Positions 12,805 to 19,744 of a stretch of 24,000 bases of DNA are shown piece by piece. Made by a program: the position numbers and the translations under genes. This DNA is from an uncultured Gaiellaceae bacterium (GTDB taxonomy: Bacteria > Actinomycetota > Thermoleophilia > Gaiellales > Gaiellaceae). The DNA lies in the NCBI GenBank assembly GCA_963784895.1, contig CAWATM010000017.1:157251-181250 (forward strand), written 5' to 3'. The notes beneath the pieces are model-generated. The model was not told the origin of the DNA, ran no database searches, and saw nothing but the letters and a program-made list of their open reading frames with translations. Within the stretch, counting starts at the first letter, position 1, and each line of letters opens with the position of its first letter.

Positions 12805-13959
12805 ATGGCGCAGAAGCGGTACCTGTTCACGCCTGGGCCGACACCGGTGCCGCCGCAGGTGCTCGCCGCGCTCGCGGAGCCGGTGCTCCACCACCGCGCG
12901 CCCGACTTCCGCGAGGTCTATGCGCGCGTGCTCGGGCGGCTGCAGGAGGTGCACCGGACGGTCGACGAGGTGCTCCTCTTCACCTGCTCCGGGACCGGTG
13001 CGTTCGAGTCCGCGATCGTCAGCCTCTGCTCGCCGGGCGAACGGGTGCTGGCCGTGACGGCGGGCTCGTTCGGCGAGCGCTGGGCGGCGATGGCGCGGAC
13101 GTACGGGCTCGAGGTCGAAGAGCTCCGCTACGAGTGGGGCGAGACGCCGAGCGCCGACGACCTCCGGGCCAAGCTCGCATCGATCGAGTCCGTCTCGCTC
13201 GTCTTCCTCGTCCACTCGGAGACCTCGACCGGCGTCGTCGCGGACATCCAGTCGCTGGCCGCGGTGGCGAAGGACGCCGGTGCGCTCGTCATCGTCGACG
13301 CGGTCTCGAGCCTCGGCGCCGTGCCGCTCGACATGGACGAGTGGGGCCTCGACGTCGTCGTCTCCGGCTCGCAGAAGGCGCTGATGACACCGCCGGGCCT
13401 CGCGACCGCCGCCGTCTCCGCGGCCGGCTGGGAGCAGGTCGAGCGCTCGACGCTGCCGAGCTTCTACTTCGACTGGCAGCGGATGCGGAAGGCGCAGGAG
13501 CAGCTCGACAGCGCCTTCACGCCCGCGGTCTCGCTGATCGTCGCGCTCGACGTCGCACTGGGCCTTCTGCTCGAGGACGGGCTCGAGAACGCCTTCGAGC
13601 GCCACGTCCGCCTCGGCCGCGCGTGCAGGGCGGGGGTCAAGGCGATGGGGCTCGAGCTGTTCTCGCCCGACGAGGATCGGGCCGCCGTCGTCACCGCGGC
13701 GCGGATGCCGGAGGGGATGGACTCGAGCGACCTGACGCTGGCGCTGCGCGAACGGCACGGCGTCACGATCGCCGGCGGTCAGGGCCCGCTGAAGCACGCG
13801 ATCTTCCGGATCGGCCACATCGGCTGGTACGACGAGTTCGACGTCGCGACGGCGCTGAGCGCGGTCGAGCTCGTGCTCGGCGAGCTGGGCGCTCCGATCG
13901 AGCGCGGTGTCGCGGCGTCGCGAGCGCTCGAGGTCTACGCGGAAGGGACGCCGGTCTGA
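12805..13959 (+). CDS. class V (AGXT/serine-pyruvate type) PLP aminotransferase, candidate phosphoserine aminotransferase
   Basis: 384 aa from ATG 12805. MAQKRYLFTPGPTPVPPQVL, FTCSGTGAFESAIV and VVSGSQKALMTPPGL (PLP lysine) are present. It lies immediately upstream of serA. The track ORF start at 12385 overlaps the opposite membrane gene and is not believed. Confidence 0.85.
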   Translation: MAQKRYLFTPGPTPVPPQVLAALAEPVLHHRAPDFREVYARVLGRLQEVHRTVDEVLLFTCSGTGAFESAIVSLCSPGERVLAVTAGSFGERWAAMARTYGLEVEELRYEWGETPSADDLRAKLASIESVSLVFLVHSETSTGVVADIQSLAAVAKDAGALVIVDAVSSLGAVPLDMDEWGLDVVVSGSQKALMTPPGLATAAVSAAGWEQVERSTLPSFYFDWQRMRKAQEQLDSAFTPAVSLIVALDVALGLLLEDGLENAFERHVRLGRACRAGVKAMGLELFSPDEDRAAVVTAARMPEGMDSSDLTLALRERHGVTIAGGQGPLKHAIFRIGHIGWYDEFDVATALSAVELVLGELGAPIERGVAASRALEVYAEGTPV

Positions 13960-14013
13960 GGCTCGTCGCGGCTCCTGGCTCGTCGCTCGTGGTGCGCGGC
14001 CGGAGAGGACAGC

Positions 14014-15655
14014 ATGCGTAAGACGGACTCGGACAGCCGCGTACGACCAGCGACGAGAGGCGCTGTCGAAGGCTCGCCGGGAGCCGGCGCCGGCCAGGGG
14101 CCGCGAGTCCTCGTGCGGGAGGCGATCGCCCCCGCGGGAGTCGAGCTGCTGCGCTCGCGTTTCGATGTCGACGAGGACAGTGACTCGCCGCTCGACGAGA
14201 TCATCGCCGGCTACGACGCGATCGTGATCCGCTCGGCGACGAAGCTGACCGCGGCTGTGATCGACCGCGCCGATCGGCTGAAGGTGATCGGCCGCGCCGG
14301 CGTCGGCGTGGACAACGTCGACGTCGACGCGGCGACGCGGCGCGGGATCGTCGTCGCGAACGCGCCCGACTCGACTGTGGTCTCGGCCGCGGAGCACACG
14401 ATCGGCCTTCTGGTCGCCCTCGCCCGCAACATCCCGCAGGCGCATGCGGCGCTGAAGGCACGGCCGCTGGGAGCGCTCGCGCTGGGGTGGGATCGAACTC
14501 GCCGACAAGACCCTCGGCGTTCTCGGCTTCGGCCGGATCGGGCGGCAGGTCGCGCGCCGCGCGCTCGGCCTCGGGATGCGTGTGATCGGCTACGACCCGT
14601 TCGTGGCGCCGGAGCGCTTCCGCGAGCTCGGGGCGGAGCACGCACACGATCCGGCGGACGTGTTCGAGGCGGCCGACTTTCTCACCCTGCACCTGCCGCT
14701 CACCGAGGAGACCCGCCACTTCGTCGACGCGGGCGCGCTGGGCCGGATGCGCGACGGCGTTCGGATCGTCAACGCGGCGCGCGGCGAGCTCGTCGACGAG
14801 GGCGCGCTCGCGCAGGCCGTACGCGACGGCAAGGTCGCGGGGGCCGCGCTCGACGTCTTCTCGGCCGAGCCGTACACGGGTGAGCTGCTCGAGCTCGAGA
14901 ACGTCGTCGTGACGCCGCATCTCGCCGCCTCGACAGAGGAGGCGCAGGACCGTGCGGGCGTAATCGTCGCCGAGCAGGTCGTCGCCGCGCTCGAGGGCGG
15001 CCTGGTCTCGAACGCACTCAACATCCCGATCGTCGGCGCCGAGGATCTGGAGCTGCTCGGTCCCTACATCCCGCTCGCGGCCAAGCTGGGACGGCTCGCG
15101 GTCGAGCTCGCCGGCGGTCACCCGCGCCGGATCGCGCTCTCCTTCAACGGCGCGATCGCCGACCACGACACGCGCCTGCTCACGGTCGCCGCGCTCAACG
15201 GCGCGTTCCAGGGCCGTGTCGAGCAGGCCGTCAACTACGTCAACGCACCGGTGATCGCGGCCGAGCGCGGGATTGAGGTGAGCGAGGAGCGGTCGGCGCG
15301 GACGCGGGACTACACCAGCCTCGTCACGGTCGCCGTCGACGACGTCCAGGTCTCGGGAACGATCATCGGGCCCGAGCATCGCCACTTCCTCGCCGGTGCG
15401 CTCGGCTTCGCGATCGACCTGCAACTCTCGCCGCGGATGGTCTTCTTCCGCTACGACGACATTCCCGGCGTGATCGGCCGGGTCGGAACGATGTTCGGCG
15501 AGGCGGGAGTGAACATCGCGAACATGGCCGTCTCGAGGACGAAGGAAGGCGGCAAGGCGCTGATGGCGCTGGCCATCGACTCCGAGCCGCCCGCGGAGCT
15601 CGTCGACCGCGTCCGAGGGGAGGGCTTCGACGATGCGCAGTTCATCACCCTCTAA
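14014..15655 (+). pseudogene. serA: D-3-phosphoglycerate dehydrogenase with the reading frame broken by a 1-nt insertion near 14461
   Basis: The frame from ATG 14014 (SD GGAGAGGA) gives ...IGRAGVGVDNVDVDAATRRGIVVANAP...NIPQAHAALKA, then nonsense. The +1 frame from 14462 continues GRWERSRWGGIELADKTLGVLGFGRIGRQVARRALGLGMRVIGYDPF... through the catalytic, ASB and ACT domains to stop 15655. Joined, the two parts make about 546 aa. Confidence 0.85.
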
Positions 15656-15657
15656 CC

Positions 15658-15698
15658 GCGCAAGGTCAGCAGCCGCAGGACGCGGATCCTGACCGCGC
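15658..15698 (+). terminator. imperfect long hairpin 3 nt after the serA stop (terminator candidate without U-tract)
   Basis: GCGC(aa)GGTCAG...CCGC-aggac-GCGG...CTGACCGCGC gives about 15 paired positions. It is followed directly by the second hairpin element. Confidence 0.5.
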
Positions 15699-15703
15699 CA
15701 ACA

Positions 15704-15734
15704 CCCCTCAAGGGGGCCGCAAGCGGCCCCGACC
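15704..15734 (+). repeat. GC-rich stem-loop element, copy B
   Basis: CCCCTCAAGGGGGCCGCaaGCGGCCCCGACC has an 8-bp stem GGGGCCGC/GCGGCCCC. It has the same flanks (CCCTnAAGGGG ... GACC) as copy A at 3203-3231. Confidence 0.6.
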
Positions 15735-15766
15735 AGCGCGGTCACCGCGGGGGCGGCTGGGTCGTC

Positions 15767-16165
15767 TTGCAGACGATCCTGATGCTGGCGATCGTCGTGC
15801 TCGTCTTCCTGCCCCCGTACTGGCCGCGGCAACTCAGCTTCGTCGGCGTTCCGCTCGCGCTCGCCGGTGCAGCCGGTTTCGTCTGGTCGGCGCGGGCGCT
15901 CGGCAAGTCGATGACGCCCTATCCGCGGCCCCGCGAGACCGGCGAGCTGATCGAGAAGGGGCCGTACCGCTACGTCCGTCACCCGATCTATGTGGCCGGG
16001 ACGCTGTTCTTTCTCGGGGTCGGGCTCTCGTCGAGCCTGCCGGCGACGATCGGTGCCTTCGCACTGGCGACGCTCTGGTGGCGGAAGGCGGCGCTGGAGG
16101 AGGAGCACCTGGCCGCGCGCTTCCCCGAGTACGACGACTACCGCCGCCGCGTCCGCTGGCTCTAG
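15767..16165 (+). CDS. isoprenylcysteine carboxyl methyltransferase (ICMT)/PEMT-family membrane methyltransferase
   Basis: 132 aa. GELIEKGPYRYVRHPIYVAGTLFFLG and EEEHLAARFPEYDDYRRRV match the family signature (GxY...RHPxY...EE..L...FG..Y..Y). There are 3-4 TM segments. The start is TTG 15767 or ATG 15782. Confidence 0.8.
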   Translation: MQTILMLAIVVLVFLPPYWPRQLSFVGVPLALAGAAGFVWSARALGKSMTPYPRPRETGELIEKGPYRYVRHPIYVAGTLFFLGVGLSSSLPATIGAFALATLWWRKAALEEEHLAARFPEYDDYRRRVRWL

Positions 16166-16227
16166 CCGAACGGGGACTGTCCCCTCCTGGTGCGGACTGC
16201 GGTGCGCCGGGCGGGTACCCTTCAGCC

Positions 16228-16716
16228 GTGCGAGCGACCTGGCCCGAGCCCGTCGAACGGGTCGCCGCCTATCTCAGGGAGGCCGGCGCCGAAGCGCGGC
16301 TCGAGGAGCTCGAGTCCGGAACGGCGACCGCCGAGGACGCCGCGAAGGCCGCCGGCTGCACGCTCGAGCAGATCGTCAAGGCGCTCGTGCTCGACTGTGA
16401 CGGCAGGGCTGTCGTCGCGCTCGTTCCGGGCGACCGGCGCGCCGATCTCGACAAGATCGCGCGCGCCGTCGGCGCGGCCAAGGCGAGGATCGCGCGGCCG
16501 GCCGAGGTCGAGCAGGCGACCGGGTTCGCGCCGGGCGCCGTCGCGCCGTTTCCGTTGCCGAACGTCGATCGCGTCCTGATCGACCAGACGCTGCTCAGTC
16601 ACGACGTCGTCTGGGTCGGAGCCGGCTCGGAGATCCATCTGGCCGCTCTGCATCCCGGCGTGCTCGTGCGGCTCGCCCGCGCGCAGCCCATCGACGCCGT
16701 CCAGGATTCCGCCTAA
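16228..16716 (+). CDS. YbaK/EbsC-type aminoacyl-tRNA editing (deacylase) domain protein
   Basis: 162 aa from GTG 16228. TAEDAAKAAGCTLEQIVKALVL...VVALVPGDRRADLDKIA...GFAPGAVAPFPL...VWVGAG fits the YbaK/ProX pattern. TACCCT lies 6 nt upstream of the GTG. Confidence 0.75.
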   Translation: MRATWPEPVERVAAYLREAGAEARLEELESGTATAEDAAKAAGCTLEQIVKALVLDCDGRAVVALVPGDRRADLDKIARAVGAAKARIARPAEVEQATGFAPGAVAPFPLPNVDRVLIDQTLLSHDVVWVGAGSEIHLAALHPGVLVRLARAQPIDAVQDSA

Positions 16717-16742
16717 CATTTCCGTTCGAGAGGAGCATTCGC

Positions 16743-17675
16743 ATGCGTGAGACAGAAACGATCTGGATGAACGGCGAGTTCATCGACTGGCACGACGCCA
16801 AGGTGCACGTCGGCGTGCACGGGCTGCACTACGGCACCGGCGTCTTCGAGGGCATCCGCTGCTACGAGACTCCTGACGGACCGGCCGTCTTCAGGCTGCG
16901 CGAGCACCTGGAGCGGCTCGACAACTCCGCGAAGCTCCTCCACATGGAGCTGCCGTACTCGACTGACGAAATCCGGACCGCGATGCACGAGCTGATCGGC
17001 CGCAATGGCCTGGCCGAGTGCTACGTCCGGCCGTTCGCGTTCTACGGCTACGGCGAGCTCGGCGTCCACACGAAGGGGAACCCGGTCGAGGTCGTGATCA
17101 TGAGCTGGCCGTGGGCGAATTACCTCGGCGACGAGAACGCCGCCACCGGCATCCGCGCGAAGATCTCCTCCTGGAACCGGATCGGGGCGAACACGATTCC
17201 GCACGTCGCGAAGGCGACGGGGATCTATCTGAACTCGATGCTGGCCGTGCACGAGGCACAGCGCGCCGGCTACGACGAGGCGATCCTGCTCACGGCCGAG
17301 GGCTTCGTCGCCGACGGCTCCGGCGAGAACGTCTTCGTCGTCAAGGACGGCAGGATCTGGACGCCGCCGCTCTCGACCTCGATCCTGCCCGGGATCACGC
17401 GCGACAGCGTGATCCAGATCGCGCAGGACCTCGGCTACGTGGTCGAGGAGGGGAACGTGATCCGCTCCGACCTCTATCTCGCGGACGAGATCTTCATGAC
17501 CGGCACCGCCGCCGAGGTGACGCCGGTGCGCTCGGTCGACGACCATGAGGTCGGCGTCGGCCCGGTCACGCTCGAGCTGCAGAAGGCGTACCTCGACACC
17601 GTGCGCGGCAAGAGCGACCGCTGGGGCCACTGGCTCGACCGGGTCGCCGTCGGGAAGACGGCCGCGGAGGCGTGA
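16743..17675 (+). CDS. ilvE: branched-chain amino acid aminotransferase
   Basis: 310 aa. IWMNGEFIDWHDAKVHVGVHGLHYGTGVFEGIRCY, NTIPHVAKATGIYLNS, GSGENVFVVKDG and ILPGITRDSV match class IV aminotransferase/IlvE. SD GAGGAG lies upstream. Confidence 0.95.
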   Translation: MRETETIWMNGEFIDWHDAKVHVGVHGLHYGTGVFEGIRCYETPDGPAVFRLREHLERLDNSAKLLHMELPYSTDEIRTAMHELIGRNGLAECYVRPFAFYGYGELGVHTKGNPVEVVIMSWPWANYLGDENAATGIRAKISSWNRIGANTIPHVAKATGIYLNSMLAVHEAQRAGYDEAILLTAEGFVADGSGENVFVVKDGRIWTPPLSTSILPGITRDSVIQIAQDLGYVVEEGNVIRSDLYLADEIFMTGTAAEVTPVRSVDDHEVGVGPVTLELQKAYLDTVRGKSDRWGHWLDRVAVGKTAAEA

Positions 17676-18793
17676 AGGCCGACACCCGCACGATCCCACT
17701 CTCGTCCCCGTATCTGGACGAGCGGGACGAGGAGCTCATCCTCGAGGTGCTCCGGTCGGGCCGGCTGTCGCTCGGACCCGCGATCGACCGCTTCGAGCGC
17801 GCCTTCGCGGAGAAGGTGGGCGCGCCATACGCCGCCGCCGTATCCTCCGGCACGAGCGGTCTCCATCTGCTCGCAGTGATCGGCGGCCTCGGCGAAGGCG
17901 ACGAGGTGATCACGTCCCCGTACTCGTTCGTCGCCTCGACCAACTGCTTCCTCTACGAGGGTGCGACGCCGGTCTTCGCCGACGTCGACGAGCGGACGAT
18001 GAACCTCGATCCGGGTGCGGCGGAGGCTGCGATCACGCCGCGGACGAAGGGAATCGTCCCGGTCGACATCTTCGGCTACCCGTGCGAGCTCGACCCGCTC
18101 CGCGCGCTCGCCGAGAAGCACGATCTCGTTCTGATCCAGGACGCATGCGAGGCGCTTGGCGCCGAGTACAAGGGCCGCACGGTCGGTTCGCAGGGCGTCG
18201 ACGCCGTCTTCGCGTTCTATCCGAACAAGCAGATGACGACGGGCGAAGGTGGGATCGTGACGACGCATGACGAGGCGACCTGGCACTCGCTGGTCAGCCT
18301 CCGCAACCAGGGTCGCGCCGACGGCGGCGGCTGGCTCGACCACGCCCGCCTCGGCTTCAACTACCGGATCGATGACATCCGCGCCGCACTCGGGCTCGGC
18401 CAGCTCGAGAAGCTCGACACGATCCTCGCGCTTCGTCGACAAGCAGCGAAGCGGTATTCCGACCTGTTGAGCGGAGTCCAGGGGGTCGAGGTGCCGCTGC
18501 CAGACGACACCGACCACCTCCGCTCCTGGTTCGTCTACGTCGTCACGCTCGCGCGCGGTATCGACCGCGAGCGTGTGATCGCGGAGCTCGAGCGCCAGGG
18601 GATCGCGTCGTCGCGCTACCTGCCGTCGATCCACCTCCAGGCCTACATGCGCGAGCGCTACGGCTTCGCGGAAGGGCTCTGCCCGGTCTCCGAGGATCTC
18701 TCGCGGCGGACGCTGGCGCTGCCGTTCTTCACCGCGATCGAGGCCGAGGATCAGGAGCGCGTGGCCGAGGCACTGGCGTCGGCGCTCGCCTGA
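17672..18793 (+). CDS. DegT/DnrJ/EryC1/StrS-family PLP aminotransferase
   Basis: 373 aa. IPLSSPYLDERDEELILEVLRSGRLSLGP, VSSGTSGLHL and FAFYPNKQMTTGEGGIVTT (PLP lysine) are present. It has a GTGA overlap with ilvE. Confidence 0.9.
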   Translation: MKADTRTIPLSSPYLDERDEELILEVLRSGRLSLGPAIDRFERAFAEKVGAPYAAAVSSGTSGLHLLAVIGGLGEGDEVITSPYSFVASTNCFLYEGATPVFADVDERTMNLDPGAAEAAITPRTKGIVPVDIFGYPCELDPLRALAEKHDLVLIQDACEALGAEYKGRTVGSQGVDAVFAFYPNKQMTTGEGGIVTTHDEATWHSLVSLRNQGRADGGGWLDHARLGFNYRIDDIRAALGLGQLEKLDTILALRRQAAKRYSDLLSGVQGVEVPLPDDTDHLRSWFVYVVTLARGIDRERVIAELERQGIASSRYLPSIHLQAYMRERYGFAEGLCPVSEDLSRRTLALPFFTAIEAEDQERVAEALASALA

Positions 18794-18809
18794 CGGAGAT
18801 ACTTCGCGC

Positions 18810-19160
18810 ATGGACGCGCGCATGGTCTTCCTCGGCTTCGGCAAGTACGCGCGCGCCGACCGGATCTACGCCCTGCAGCCGATCACCGGAGACAGCCGCG
18901 GCGGCGGCCAGCGGACGCTCGTGTGGGTCGAGGGCGTGACCGACCCGATCATCGCCTCGCGGACCGAGCGGACGATCCTGCACGACATGGGCCAGGAGGC
19001 GGTCGCCGGCTCGCCCCTGCTCGACGAGGCGCTCTCGCTCGCCGAGCGACTGGCCGAGGACGCGGCCAGCGGCCGCGTCGATCTCGCCGACCTCGGCCGC
19101 CGTGCGCGCAAACTGCTCGAGTCGTCCAACAAGCCCGCCGAGTCGTCGCAGCTCTTCTGA
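18810..19160 (+). CDS. DUF370/RemA-like protein with a C-terminal helical extension (tentative)
   Basis: 116 aa. [20 protein letters not shown]...[23 protein letters not shown] resembles the RemA pattern (INIGFGN..SANRIIAIV.P....ILSA.QPETI). Similarity is modest and the start could be ATG 18822. Confidence 0.5.
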   Translation: MDARMVFLGFGKYARADRIYALQPITGDSRGGGQRTLVWVEGVTDPIIASRTERTILHDMGQEAVAGSPLLDEALSLAERLAEDAASGRVDLADLGRRARKLLESSNKPAESSQLF

Positions 19161-19744
19161 CGGTCGCGCCGGACTTCTTCGCCCGCAGCGTCCACGAGGT
19201 GGCGCCCGACCTGATCGGCGTCACGCTGCTCGTCGACGGAGTCGGCGGCCGGATCGTCGAAGTGGAGGCGTACGATTCCGACGATCCGGCCGCGCACGGC
19301 TTCCGCGGCCGCACACTGCGGAACGCGTCCATGTTCGGGCCGCCGGGGCAGGCATACGTGTACCGCTCCTACGGGATCCACTGGTGTCTCAATCTCGTCT
19401 GCGAGGAGGAAGGAAGTCCTGCGGCCGTGCTGCTCCGGGCGCTGGAGCCGAGCGTCGGCCTCGAGCTGATGCGCGAGCGGCGCGGCCTCGACGACGCGCA
19501 GCTCCTCGCCGCCGGACCGGGCCGGCTCTGCGAGGCGCTCGGCGTCACGCGTGAGCACGACGGCCTCTCGCTCGCCGGGCCGCCCTTCGAGCTCCGCACA
19601 CCGAGCCAACGGCCGCAGGTTGTCGCGGGGACGAGGATCGGGATCAGCGTGGCGGCCGAGCGGCCGTGGCGCTATGCGGAGGCGGGATCGCGCTGGCTCA
19701 GCCGGCCGCTGCGGTCGCCCGCGCCCGTGAGACGACCAGCTTGA
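19157..19744 (+). CDS. mpg: DNA-3-methyladenine (alkylpurine) glycosylase, Mpg/AAG family, probable CTG start
   Basis: (L)[25 protein letters not shown]...GRIVEVEAY...[36 protein letters not shown]...AVLLRALEP...[11 protein letters not shown]...[13 protein letters not shown] matches Mpg. The conserved FF..S...VAP.LIG block begins right at the upstream stop. CTG 19157-19159 overlaps TGA 19158-19160. Confidence 0.85.
   Translation: MTVAPDFFARSVHEVAPDLIGVTLLVDGVGGRIVEVEAYDSDDPAAHGFRGRTLRNASMFGPPGQAYVYRSYGIHWCLNLVCEEEGSPAAVLLRALEPSVGLELMRERRGLDDAQLLAAGPGRLCEALGVTREHDGLSLAGPPFELRTPSQRPQVVAGTRIGISVAAERPWRYAEAGSRWLSRPLRSPAPVRRPA

Noticed and set aside
14576-15655. The 359-aa ORF starting at ATG 14576 as an independent gene.
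   Set aside because: Its frame continues upstream with perfect SerA homology, including the GFGRIG NAD-binding motif, back to 14462. It is the downstream part of a frameshifted serA, not a separate gene.
15737-15749. The palindrome CGCGGTcACCGCG, 18 nt upstream of the methyltransferase start, as an operator.
   Set aside because: Short all-GC palindromes are frequent by chance at this composition, and I saw no second copy or partner site.
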